The notes under the pieces: generated by a model | What the model saw: only the letters and a program-made list of their open reading frames with translations | What the model was told of the DNA's origin: nothing | Databases searched by the model: none | Position numbers and translations under genes: made by a program | Part shown: positions 39,401 to 45,975 of the stretch, in pieces | Position numbering within the stretch: the first letter of the stretch is position 1 | Layout: the number at the start of each line of letters is the position of its first letter | DNA from: Alistipes sp. | GTDB lineage: Bacteria; Bacillota; Clostridia; Oscillospirales; Ruminococcaceae | NCBI GenBank assembly: GCA_023667265.1 | Contig: JAMPAJ010000002.1 | Coordinates: 101,334-165,333, forward strand | Reading direction: 5' to 3' | Length of the DNA: 64,000 bases

Positions 39401-40071
39401 GCGGAAATCTCACGAGAATAGATAACGCGATAGCTTCTGTTCCTATGCGTATAGATAAAGTCTGCAACGAGCTTGAACGTATGAAAACTGAGCTTGCCGA
39501 CAGCATAAAGGAAGCCGATATGCCGTTTGAGCATGAAGCGGAGCTTGAGGAAAAGAAACAGGAGCTTGAACGTCTGACTGACGAGATAAACGCCGATAAG
39601 GTAAAAGGTGAGATTGCGCCGGAACAGCCGGAAAGCACGGGAAAATCCTCAGAAAAGCCGGAAAAACAGGTGCAGACCGAAAAAGTTGATAATCTCAACA
39701 TCAAATGGCGGCAGAACGACAAGGAGCTTCGCATAACCTATGACAGAACCGCCGACAGCAAGATTACCGCATATTCGGACGGAAAAGAAATAGGGCATTG
39801 CTCCCCCGACGAGCTGACGGTCACTAAAATCAGCGGGAGCGAACAGAAAAAATATCCCGACGGAATAACAAAGTGCGTCGAACCTTTAAACCTTGCGTTC
39901 AGCAGTAAAATGGCTATGCACATCAATAACTTTGCCGAAAGGGTGAAAGAAGCGGAAAAGTCCGTTTCAAGGGACGATAAGGCACTTTTCTCCCGTGACA
40001 GGATTATGAGCGATGATTTCAAGCCAACCTCGGAAAAGTCAGCCGATACTCCCAAATCTCAGTCGCTTTAA
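30451..40071 (+). CDS. 3206-aa DarB-like protein: ArdC-like N-terminus, N6-adenine MTase and SNF2-type helicase
   Basis: LEPSMGVGNF, GNVPF, HQVGAGKT, FVDEAHEFKN, GTPVTN, MGAGTNVQ, QRLGRMVRQGN. Confidence 0.9.
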   Translation: MEMPNNKVSEAQAIYIGEIRRVQETAEKWRDFLDFAAQAQISENQSEFEFSSKLIIHARNPNAKDCRPFGEWKTEDGNHVSRLERGIPVLSRDSRGNQSVTYLFDTSQTALKKEPERIEIPEEMRENLKSALSGIIKDFSDNTSLSDVQKRIFAETAEYKLCKQYGLETAENPERFSGIEKLSVKEIANIGVALNRCSNSFAETVKNERSNFNERGNNSQSRDDRTELYGQERRGVDLGQGVSGTRDEVRLRREHERMEQTQRGEHDIRTADRNSAAEADSGNGQVRQYETEIHMADPVPVGDTSHGQSGEALRGNERESSEPDREHSGEEKAVGGIQGDRGNGEIPAESADTGEVQSRSGGGNTSRDGLRDITEETAEPEKVSAVSVSENEQSDPFENFKRSKDGDIILGNTTFRYIPEKTYTQIDKDIAVEVSEQLEKQGIKFSGVIKGDTATITVSKPQKETLDRIIADISSPNKDIAAEESIDTPELTDKEKAFLDGETAPLMAKDVLAWDEIEDIGYRLYEKGYIDRHAPSEKAIYGNGLNEPVLYDMAKRMQNGEDIGKELSLALLGNQRTFDINIFDEFNVEYGSDFITAKFGNAEKQVSYEELENAFFKLFKDEYDDIVHGRTVEDLRDIFPDITGETADNLINAFDGAIMHGWQDNEVVQRKIKKALYNILGDKENTEKAFSSIADMKYNVKISNIGFFSLGNGVTVCDTSRMDKETNDYVKVAHISPEGVLTMYDNSVSQQDMASIRQQVNTVRDEFVRNWNSMSRTQQFEMLLDRADITTQVNISKDSISMEEKIEKYMPYVFFKKGERPEPQTAEQNNIKNIEFIGERDSFEAVKAAARTQSFGTTVTDGNRLSIVMYDNADVDEVRKLLETAQENNVFETVETAKMLEDKFGAVFSYNSQNNPTVADLSAGDVILYEGKRREVEKISENSISLKDLDAPDFGGILLGTSDVLAYKGWQEDMNEKGFEILSKAKTYSEITRDMYQTENPDIFTVKGKGSFAKIDITVNAELWERLAEKGLVRNENSVDRVIFNIDNKEWNKLVIPDKWGNMTNNINIEDVFTSEELQTAKSVADFVIGNEDIQQVLDNFNEDITPVENNTSFSEEISGSNGTVKYKVTENADEQYKYNVQIFTQGENGEFYYSGLGRFCETLDEAHAFIENDIAERTAAKDRQHSDKDEITGNDEYNISQGQMSLFDDIPDIEEIPNERNYQVVTYSRDLGADDKKIFSTLDEAVESGRGYLYDKEHEGYYSGIAILNTKEQKVEYYEGDFPLEGIFSEQVYQNSGNWQRAEPIPNLLFDKFDEHYNEMYKNHDEVNGYDEAVAVGDKFIRENPDIMERIANSRNDVITSDREAAALAFALADVGMIDKFVEPEQSKQQKVQQNLVTSVHTEQSPLNPERVTVTHSEAAKVPDIDVEKPEEKKTNNLFRITDEHLGEGGKKEKFRNNIEAIKTLQILEAEERAATPEEQETLSKYIGWGGLQEAFDNSLSAWDTEYRELKNLLSEEEYEAARSTVNDAFYTSPVITQAIYEGLANIGFNGGEVLEPSMGVGNFFGTMPDKMRENSNLSGIEIDSISGRIAKKLYPEADIAINGYENIKLTKGSFDLAVGNVPFGNHGVNDKTKAYKGLLIHDYFFAKSLDSVRSGGIVAFVTSTGTLDKDDTKVRQMLAQKAELLGAVRLPNNAFQKNAGTQTATDIIFLKKREKPLNISEMPMDKSCEWVHTKENADGLKINSYFADNPEMVLGELSDKGRFGSIICTPVQGADLKEQLHEAMKNIKGEYVPLEFQQELDERAENNYLTATPDIENLTYTVVDDKLYFRVDDNLIPLKESEQHGVTADRRKGLCDLGLTVRELLKAQVEDRPDKEIKLLQAELNVKYDKFVQKFGRINPTETPNSRNASGVTRKAPNSNVFKNDVRLPLLQSLEKMKEGQFVGKTEIFTERTIRPRKVAEHVETAHEALILSISEKGKIDFDYMQDLTGFEKEKIVSDLHGDIYPVPELSTEDNTVYQTSDEYLSGNIYKKIAMAEAKISENPAYAENVAALTEVIPKPLKATEIDMQLGMTWIDTKIIQQFMYETFETPQRFKEYDGDVPQENPSAITVHYSGAGKGSWKVENACLDNSVKSTKNFGTKDLNAYELLEKILNAKSVAVTQTVRDEEGRQKTVILEKQTKAAEDKVKQINAAFKKWIFADPERRNELVKTYNEKFNGIRPREYDGSNLNFFGSNPEITLKPHQKNAVAHALFGGNTLFAHQVGAGKTFEMIATAMEGKRLGLHNKSMFVVPNHLTEQIGSDFMKLYPNANILVAKPDDFSPQKRRQMCARIATGNFDAVIIGHSQLIKIPLSAKREEEFIRKQINEVVSALEAAEETDSKSYTVKQLEATRKNLRERLEKLTNGTVKDNAVTFEELGVDKLFVDEAHEFKNLYVSTKMENVSGLSTNADVQKTQDLYMKCQYLDEKTGSKGIVFSTGTPVTNALSEMYTTMKYLQSDLLKETGLDSFDAWAGNFTRKSTEAEISPSGSDWRMKTRLKFTNVPELVTMFKECADVKMADQLNLDVPECEKHIVSVEPTEAQKSVVQSLAVRAEAISKGEVSRTEDNMLVVTGDGRKLGLDQRLYDLNLPDEPQTKLNACIQNVFDIWENTSEKKSTQLVFCDLGVPQSKEDLKKNGERFDVYSDIRSKLIEKGIPEKEIAFIHEANSETEKAKLFAKVRSGDVRVLIGSTQKMGAGTNVQDKLVALHDLDCPWRPADLTQRLGRMVRQGNENKKVDNFRYVTKGTFDAYLYQMVEKKQESISQIFTSKAIARTCDDIDDMAVDLMQVKMAAVGDDRIRRQMELREDIRSLNMLKNTYLENKYEIEDNIKRLPSKIANTEKIIEGIAADTKTVKGYVPKKDIDGQEVFEMKVGNTLYVDKKEAAEALKAAMTSAVMGNPKAQTDIAEYKGFKIAVSYDGFAKSYKGHLKGENIYSFDFGSSESGNLTRIDNAIASVPMRIDKVCNELERMKTELADSIKEADMPFEHEAELEEKKQELERLTDEINADKVKGEIAPEQPESTGKSSEKPEKQVQTEKVDNLNIKWRQNDKELRITYDRTADSKITAYSDGKEIGHCSPDELTVTKISGSEQKKYPDGITKCVEPLNLAFSSKMAMHINNFAERVKEAEKSVSRDDKALFSRDRIMSDDFKPTSEKSADTPKSQSL
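31088..31570 (+). CDS. TnpV-like protein nested in the +1 frame of the giant helicase gene
   Basis: RBS GAAAGGAG before the ATG; MGKYGSMRLKF..LLEILL..HCEEMNE..YRAEAEEEIL..VYAI matches the TnpV pattern. Confidence 0.72.
   Translation: MSEVTTVNQEMIGQNYTDRNGVEWIWDKEYREHVMKYVYDENMNEWSKLNEENMTYEPLIEIPQPKPTAAMGKYGSMRLKFIWQTPCLLEILLTDNQVKHCEEMNEKVLNLIENIVEKKKQSEEYKAIEETGKFLPKVQILERYRAEAEEEILPVTVYAI
34683..34701. repeat. ICE palindrome copy 8 (intragenic)
   Basis: ACGTGTCAC-G-GTGACACAC within the helicase gene (encodes RVTVTH in a linker). Confidence 0.85.
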
Positions 40072-40077
40072 TGCAGT

Positions 40078-40113
40078 CCCCCGAATACAGTTTTTGTGTT
40101 CGGGGGAATTTTT
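40078..40113 (+). terminator. Intrinsic terminator after the helicase gene
   Basis: CCCCCGAATAC/GTGTTCGGGGG stem followed by a T tract. Confidence 0.8.
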
Positions 40114-40118
40114 CTTAT

Positions 40119-40147
40119 TTGACATTAGTTTATATTTGTGATAAAAT
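40119..40147 (+). promoter_or_regulatory. sigma-A-type promoter of the ICE ECF sigma gene
   Basis: TTGACA-17 bp-TAAAAT. Confidence 0.7.
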
Positions 40148-40200
40148 GGGTATATCATTTTAAAGGACAGTATTTTACTGTTCTTTTAAGGAGATTGCTT

Positions 40201-40659
40201 ATGAAATTTGAGAACATCTTTAACGAGATAGCCGAGCAATACTATAACGCCATTTTCAAGTATTGCTGTGTCAGACTGGATAATGAACACGCTGCAAAGG
40301 ACTGTACGCAGGAAGTTTTCCTGACACTGTACAGAAAAATAGATAAAATGAAGCTGTCGGAGAACGTCAGAGCTTGGCTTTACCGTACTGCCGACAATGT
40401 TATGAAAAATTACCGCAGGAAAAATAAAATAACCGTTTCCATTGACGATATTAACGAAACTACCGAAGATAGTTACTCGGTGGAAACGCCGTTTGAAGAT
40501 ATTATCACCAAAGAGGAATACGAGCTGCTTAATTCCTACTACATAAACGGTGACAGTATCGAAACCATTTCAAAACGGCTTGGTATCAGCAAGGACGCTG
40601 TTTACCAACGTATTCACAGGATAAAAACAAAAATCGAAAAAGAATATATGCAACAGTAA
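40201..40659 (+). CDS. ECF RNA polymerase sigma factor (ICE cargo)
   Basis: AKDCTQEVFLTLY..VRAWLYRTADN (region 2); SIETISKRLGISKDAVYQRIHR (region 4); RBS AAGGAG. Confidence 0.9.
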   Translation: MKFENIFNEIAEQYYNAIFKYCCVRLDNEHAAKDCTQEVFLTLYRKIDKMKLSENVRAWLYRTADNVMKNYRRKNKITVSIDDINETTEDSYSVETPFEDIITKEEYELLNSYYINGDSIETISKRLGISKDAVYQRIHRIKTKIEKEYMQQ

Positions 40660-40757
40660 CAAATTAGCGCAGACAAATTTATGCAAGTATACAAACTTGA
40701 AAGGCAATTGTCAAAAAATGAATTGCTGCGAACATTACTTAGTGAAAGGATTTTTAT

Positions 40758-41564
40758 ATGGAAAATATGGAAAACATTCTTGAAAAAATTCGTTCAGACA
40801 GTTCTTTCGGTGAAATAACCGCCGAGGAACTGGAAAAACAGCTTGACCGCGAGCTTGCAAAGCCGAACCCTGACTATGATTTAGTCGAAGAACTGACAGC
40901 GGCGATTATGGAAGCAAGAGGAAAAGCTGTAAAAGAAATTAACGTACAGTCTGAAATCAGAATGATAAAGCAAAAGAGCGCAAAGCGTTTCAAATTTCCC
41001 AAATGAGCAATTGCCGCAAGCGCGGCGTGTATTATGCTTATCGGTGCAAACACTGTGTCCGTGGCGGCATGGGGTACAAATATTTTTTCGGCGATTGTGC
41101 AATTTACCAAAGGGGATTTGACTATTGATTTAGGCAAGCAGGAACAGACCGTAATCAGCTTGCCGACGTCGGAGAACGACCCTTACGGCATAAAAGCAAA
41201 GTGCGCCGAATACGGTATTTCTCCGCAAGCTCCATTTTATCTTCCCGACGGTTTTGAGTTGGTGGATTTTTATGCCGAAATAAACGAAGCGTTCAGCGAT
41301 ATATGCTTCTTTTACAAAAACGGCAAAACAAGGCTGAATATAACCTTTACAAAATACGTCAATTCGGATAATATACCGCCGATAGGAATACCGACGGATA
41401 CTTATAATCTTCAGGAAACCGAAATAAACGGGCAAACCGTATTCATTCTGAAAGAGGACGGTCAGTTTACCGCAACCTATTTGAACAACGGCATAGTTTA
41501 TGTTATTACTTCAAATAAACTTGACTATGACGAATGCCAAAAGGTAGTGGAAGCAATGAAATAG
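40758..41564 (+). pseudogene. DUF4367-type anti-sigma factor interrupted by an in-frame TGA at 41004-41006
   Basis: 40758-41006 and 41034-41564 are in frame: FKFPK*AIAASAACIMLIGAN (likely TGG>TGA just before the TM); C-terminal PFYLPDGFEL..QETEINGQTVF. Confidence 0.8.
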
Positions 41565-41579
41565 CGACAGGAGAACCTT

Positions 41580-42056
41580 ATGAAAAAAAGTTTTGCAGCA
41601 GTAGGGATTGCAAACTTGCTGTGTATTTTAACGCCTATGCAAGCGCAGGCTGCCGAAATTGATACGGCAGACAAACCGTACCTTACTGTATCGGAAACAA
41701 GCGGCATTATGCCCTATGCGGAATGGTTAATCACAAACCATTCGCTGTCATGCTCCGCTGCAACAAAGGCAGTGGAAATAACGTCCAAAACGTCCGCTTC
41801 ATCTTCAATGGCTAAAATCGGCTTCAAGAATATTGTTATTCAGAGAAGCTCCGATAAGGTCAATTGGACTGACGAGGTAGATGTTGGAGATAAACTGAAA
41901 TCGTCAGCAAGCACATACAGCCTTGCGAATTACTCGGTTTCGGTAAAAGGCGGTTACTATTACCGTGTTAAGCTCACACATTACGCCAAAGAAAGCGGCT
42001 TATTCGGCAGCTCTCAGAGCGTAGATGTTACTTCAAACAGTGTGTGGGTAAGTTAA
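41580..42056 (+). CDS. Secreted beta-rich protein of the type that follows sigma/DUF4367 pairs
   Basis: Signal peptide; IMPY; C-terminal VKGGYYYRVKLTHYAK. Confidence 0.75.
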   Translation: MKKSFAAVGIANLLCILTPMQAQAAEIDTADKPYLTVSETSGIMPYAEWLITNHSLSCSAATKAVEITSKTSASSSMAKIGFKNIVIQRSSDKVNWTDEVDVGDKLKSSASTYSLANYSVSVKGGYYYRVKLTHYAKESGLFGSSQSVDVTSNSVWVS

Positions 42057-42057
42057 A

Positions 42058-42076
42058 GTGTGTCACCGTGACACAC
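42058..42076. repeat. ICE palindrome copy 9 (perfect)
   Basis: GTGTGTCAC-C-GTGACACAC, 1 bp after a stop codon. Confidence 0.95.
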
Positions 42077-42238
42077 TGTGAAAGGCGGCGGTCGGATTGA
42101 TTGTATAAGTTTAATCTCGGACTTTTTTACACACAAATATAAACAATCGGAGAAAATTCAGACGGAATATTCAAACATAATTTTATGACAATTGAATGAC
42201 GTATATTTTCTCCTCACACTTGAAAGTGAGGAATTACT

Positions 42239-42745
42239 ATGAAAATGACAAAAAGAATTGCTGCTATGGCAGCTTGCGCGGTTATGACGGTTTCTTCTGT
42301 GGTTGGTATGAGTGCTTCGGCAGGATTTTCATCAACTATGCTTGAACCAAACGGCTCATGTGTACTCTTTTCCGTTGGTGGGGAAACCTATGGCTTTCAA
42401 ATTCGTTCAGAGATAGAAACAACGGCTTTGGGCTATGGAAGTTCTACAATAAATTCAACAACATATCTTCATGAGGTTATACAAAGAAATATACCAACGG
42501 AAAACGTAAAAGTGGACTCTTATCTTTATGGCAAATCCGCAAAAACTGGCACATATTCCTTGCTTAGCATTGGACATTCAGAAGATAACTCTGATTATCC
42601 CTCAAGTATATATGCAGAAACAAGTTGGTATGATATGTGGGGGGAGTATTCATCTTTTCATACAACCGGACGTGCATATGGTAGATACTCCACTAAAGAC
42701 ATCTGGCAAAACTTCTTAAATGTTGAGACATCAGATATAAGCTAA
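42239..42745 (+). CDS. Secreted hypothetical protein
   Basis: Signal peptide MKMTKRIAAMAACAVMTVSSVVGMSASA; RBS GAGG. Confidence 0.75.
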   Translation: MKMTKRIAAMAACAVMTVSSVVGMSASAGFSSTMLEPNGSCVLFSVGGETYGFQIRSEIETTALGYGSSTINSTTYLHEVIQRNIPTENVKVDSYLYGKSAKTGTYSLLSIGHSEDNSDYPSSIYAETSWYDMWGEYSSFHTTGRAYGRYSTKDIWQNFLNVETSDIS

Positions 42746-42779
42746 ATGCTTAACTTTATTATTTAGGAGGATATTACCC

Positions 42780-43259
42780 ATGCAGAAACTCAAAAAAACA
42801 AAACTATTTTATATAATGATTATAGCAGTATCGGTAATATTTATAGTGGGAACAATAATATTGTGTTTTCAAAAAAACAACAATAAAAGCACACACATTG
42901 AAAACAGCAATATATACGAAACGAACTCTAATGGACAAACTTATGGTTACGCAGAAACTACTTCATATGAACAGATTCCAGACCTAACTCCTGCTGTAGG
43001 GAAAAATCATATAGACGGATATATGCGTAAAGAAGACCTTTTATGCGAAAATATCGAAAAATATGATACATATACTGTTGAACTTACTGATACTGATTAT
43101 GAGCTTGAAATAGCACGCAAACAGTATAAGAATCAATATGAAGATGTTACAAAAATAAAATTTTACAAAAAATGCGTTGATGTACCGCTGTTTGATGTTT
43201 CAGGCGAAATTGAAGTCGACCAATTTACTATCAATATGGGTTATTATCCTTATCCTTAA
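42780..43259 (+). CDS. Membrane-anchored extracellular hypothetical protein
   Basis: N-terminal TM; YETNSNGQTYG..PDLTPAVGKNHIDGYMRKEDL. Confidence 0.7.
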   Translation: MQKLKKTKLFYIMIIAVSVIFIVGTIILCFQKNNNKSTHIENSNIYETNSNGQTYGYAETTSYEQIPDLTPAVGKNHIDGYMRKEDLLCENIEKYDTYTVELTDTDYELEIARKQYKNQYEDVTKIKFYKKCVDVPLFDVSGEIEVDQFTINMGYYPYP

Positions 43260-43275
43260 ACTAAAAATCAAATCG

Positions 43276-43318
43276 AAATCTCCCTCTATAAGCACTTGCC
43301 TATAGAGGGAGATTTTTT
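43276..43318. terminator. Bidirectional terminator between convergent ICE blocks
   Basis: AAATCTCCCTCTATA/TATAGAGGGAGATTT perfect stem with A/T tracts on both sides. Confidence 0.85.
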
Positions 43319-43319
43319 A

Positions 43320-44729
43320 TTATAACTCCAAATCATTCTTTTTATCCAAACCAACATTCTTGTCCTTACTTCTCGTAGGAGCATACTTGTCAGAACTGAT
43401 TTCGGCAACCGAAAATAAAGGCTCTTTTTCCTGTTCGTCTTTCTTTTCAGGAGCAGAGGGAATAGTAGGTTGAGCTGCCTTGCGTTCATGCTTGACAGAC
43501 GGCTTTTTTACTTGTTCCGCAGCTCGCTTTTTCTTGTCGAGCATTGAAGCAGCCTTTTTCAGTATGTCCTTAATATCGGAGAAAAAATTATATACTTTGC
43601 TTTCGGCAGTGTGCGTACCCCTTTCAATTTTGGACTTAGCCTTAGTCAGAGCTTGCGGTGTTTCAATCGAGATGATAGGCTTAAGCGACATAGTTCCGTC
43701 CTCGTTTTGAGTTTCTTTCGTAAGAGTGATTTTTGACGATAATTTAGCATTTGGCACTTTCTCACGCTTCTCAATTTCCGCATTGACGGCTTTTATTTCA
43801 TTCAGAATAAGGTCTTTAACATCGCTGTTATGTGGGTCTTGCGCTTGAGCTGCAAGTCTTTCTGCGGCATTTTTAAGCATATCGGAATTGTAAATAGTTC
43901 TGTTGCTGAATACCGACAGTTTCCTCTCATAGGCTTTCTGAGCGGCTTCTGAACGTGTTTCCGCATACTTTGTCCTCTTGCTTCTAAGCTGCTTTAAATC
44001 GGCTTTAATGGTCGCATATTCGGAATTATTCAGTATTTTTTCATTCAGCCGCCGACGTTCCTCTGCCGGAATTTCTATAATACATCTGTCAACATTGTTT
44101 ACCTTGTCATGTTCAACAAATGAAACTATTGTGATTTCGGGAACACTTCTGCGCCCGTCATTGTTGTATGTCCTGTCGGTAGGAAACTGTGATATTCCGT
44201 GAGCAACTTTAGGATTATTTTTATCAAGCCTGAAAAAAGCATATATTCTTTCATCGGGAGTTTTCTTGTTTTCAGGTTCAAATACAAGCATAAAATCAGC
44301 TGCGATTTCGGAATTATACGGACGTTGGCTTCTATGACAGTCCAAGTTCCACGAATACGCTTTTACATTACCGCTGTTCAGAACCTCGCGGAAATTCGCA
44401 AATGTATCTATTCTGTCATCGAGGGTATATGTCACGCTGTTCTTTTGAGGGTCGTTGAGCGGAACATTCCACGATGAGCTGCTGCAAGCAGTTTGATATG
44501 TAACGGTATTGTCCATTATATTATCATATAATCTGCTGCTGCTTATATCAGAAAATGGAGGTAAATCAGTCAGTTTCTCTAAACCTGCTAAGTGCATAAA
44601 TCCGCTGTTGTCAAAGCCGATAGTTGTATTGATAATTGTTCCGTTATTGTGCAAACATATTTTGTATTCATAATTTCCAAGTTCTGCATATGAATTTGCA
44701 CACTGATATAATTTGTCATTATTCTCCAT
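43320..44729 (-). CDS. PBECR4-like (Barnase/EndoU/colicin/RelE superfamily) nuclease with a long C-terminal tail
   Basis: LYQCANSYAELGNYEYKI..FDNSGFMHLAGLEKL, IAADFML, SQFP; charged tail ending EPLFSVAEISSDKYAPT..DLEL. Confidence 0.7.
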   Translation of the reverse strand: MENNDKLYQCANSYAELGNYEYKICLHNNGTIINTTIGFDNSGFMHLAGLEKLTDLPPFSDISSSRLYDNIMDNTVTYQTACSSSSWNVPLNDPQKNSVTYTLDDRIDTFANFREVLNSGNVKAYSWNLDCHRSQRPYNSEIAADFMLVFEPENKKTPDERIYAFFRLDKNNPKVAHGISQFPTDRTYNNDGRRSVPEITIVSFVEHDKVNNVDRCIIEIPAEERRRLNEKILNNSEYATIKADLKQLRSKRTKYAETRSEAAQKAYERKLSVFSNRTIYNSDMLKNAAERLAAQAQDPHNSDVKDLILNEIKAVNAEIEKREKVPNAKLSSKITLTKETQNEDGTMSLKPIISIETPQALTKAKSKIERGTHTAESKVYNFFSDIKDILKKAASMLDKKKRAAEQVKKPSVKHERKAAQPTIPSAPEKKDEQEKEPLFSVAEISSDKYAPTRSKDKNVGLDKKNDLEL

Positions 44730-44747
44730 TTCCGCACCTCTTTACAT

Positions 44748-44923
44748 AAAATAAGCGGCTCTGAAAACAGAACCGCTTATTGCATATTTTCTTTCAGCAT
44801 TTCTGCCTACGTCAAGTCTGGTTCCTATGCAACCACTAAAGCTCCATGCACACCCCTTGACTCCTGCGTGACACTTCATAGCTTAGCAATCCCGATTACT
44901 TACGGGCAATGCTGATTTTCATC
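44748..44923 (-). ncRNA. Candidate ~175-nt structured RNA/leader ending in a terminator upstream of the PBECR4 gene
   Basis: Consensus promoter upstream; no ORF noticed; terminator stem AATAAGCGGTTCTG/CAGAGCCGCTTATT plus T tract (44748-44781) before the RBS. Confidence 0.45.
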
Positions 44924-44929
44924 ATTTAT

Positions 44930-44958
44930 ATTATATGCTATTTTTTTCGATTTGTCAA
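44930..44958 (-). promoter_or_regulatory. Perfect sigma-A consensus promoter
   Basis: TTGACA-17 bp-TATAAT. Confidence 0.8.
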
Positions 44959-44987
44959 GGGCTTTTGAAAAATTTTTTAAAATTTTT

Positions 44988-45302
44988 TTATTTCCGTATT
45001 CTCTCCAATTCGTCCCTTAGTTCAGCTATAATCTGCCGCTGTATCTGTGTTTCCACTCTGTACTCGTCAACCAGCTTCTGCCATTCGGCTTTGACTGCTG
45101 CGTGATTATGCCTGTTGTTTGCAGCTCTGAACCGCGCATTTGCTTTCTCTACGGTTTCGGCACATTCGGAACAATATTTGCGCTTGATAAGAGCGTAATA
45201 GCTTGTGTCATATTCATTTCCTATGTACTTTGCACACACAATACAATGCCCTGTCAGAACCCCGTCAACGTACTGCAAGGCAGGATTTTTAAATTTACTC
45301 AT
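44988..45302 (-). CDS. Small CxxC...CxxC zinc-binding protein with a coiled coil
   Basis: CIVC...YCSEC; RBS GAAAGGA. Confidence 0.65.
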   Translation of the reverse strand: MSKFKNPALQYVDGVLTGHCIVCAKYIGNEYDTSYYALIKRKYCSECAETVEKANARFRAANNRHNHAAVKAEWQKLVDEYRVETQIQRQIIAELRDELERIRK

Positions 45303-45427
45303 ACCGTTTTCCTTTCGTTTTCGTACTATCTCCCCTACCCTGATTAAAGAGGGAATTTTTAACCTTTTCGCAGCGTTTCCGTTACTACCGTAACGATATT
45401 GCTTTTTACCTCAATTATAAAAGAGTG

Positions 45428-45814
45428 CTAAGCGTTTTCCTTGATTTTCGGAAGTTTCTTCATTGATTTTTTTAACTCGTCCTTTAGCCGCCGTCTTTCA
45501 TCTGAAGCGAGGACAGTTAAATTATCTGCGTTAGTCAAAATCGGCAGTCGTATTGTCTTATCATTGCCGCCCGAAACCGGAGCATATTTTATGTATGCGT
45601 AAATCTCAATATTGTTTGAACGTCTGACCGTTTCAACGTCTGTGAGAAATTCGTCTATGTCATCAATATCCGCTCTTATTTGTTCCATACGGATAATCTG
45701 AGGACGAACCTTGCCATAATTCACATCATTGTGAGGAATTAAGTACCATTTGAAAAATCGGTAAGTTACATAGCCGATGATAAAAAGACCTAAAATTGCT
45801 GTTCCGTTACTCAT
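45428..45814 (-). CDS. Membrane-anchored hypothetical protein
   Basis: Start reassigned to MSNGTAILGL (RBS GAAAGGA); one N-terminal TM. Confidence 0.65.
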   Translation of the reverse strand: MSNGTAILGLFIIGYVTYRFFKWYLIPHNDVNYGKVRPQIIRMEQIRADIDDIDEFLTDVETVRRSNNIEIYAYIKYAPVSGGNDKTIRLPILTNADNLTVLASDERRRLKDELKKSMKKLPKIKENA

Positions 45815-45949
45815 AAAATTTTTCCTTTCGATGTATTGACGAAAGGGTATCAAATGTGTTATAATAACACTGTCGGACACCTTTCGTCCGTCGGACAGGG
45901 CAGAACCGGAAGTGTGGAGCTTGGTGGTCTGTCCTGTTTTATTTTTGAA

Positions 45950-45968
45950 GTGTGTCATCGTTACGCAC
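45950..45968. repeat. ICE palindrome copy 10 (degenerate)
   Basis: GTGTGTCAT-C-GTTACGCAC, 7 bp beyond the stop of 45976-46377. Confidence 0.7.
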
Positions 45969-45975
45969 TTTTTTG

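Noticed and set aside
30771-40055. Numerous minus-strand ORFs opposite the giant helicase (and similar ones opposite virD4, virB4, topB and the PCAT)
   Set aside because: Typical antisense shadows with no RBS or recognisable motifs. Only the same-strand 31088-31570 ORF showed both a family pattern and an RBS.
43286-43489. 67-aa minus-strand ORF overlapping the PBECR4 3' end
   Set aside because: No RBS or motif, and it runs into the bidirectional terminator.
44862-44876. GTGACAC half-site in the PBECR4 leader as a further palindrome copy
   Set aside because: Only one arm matches, which is compatible with chance.
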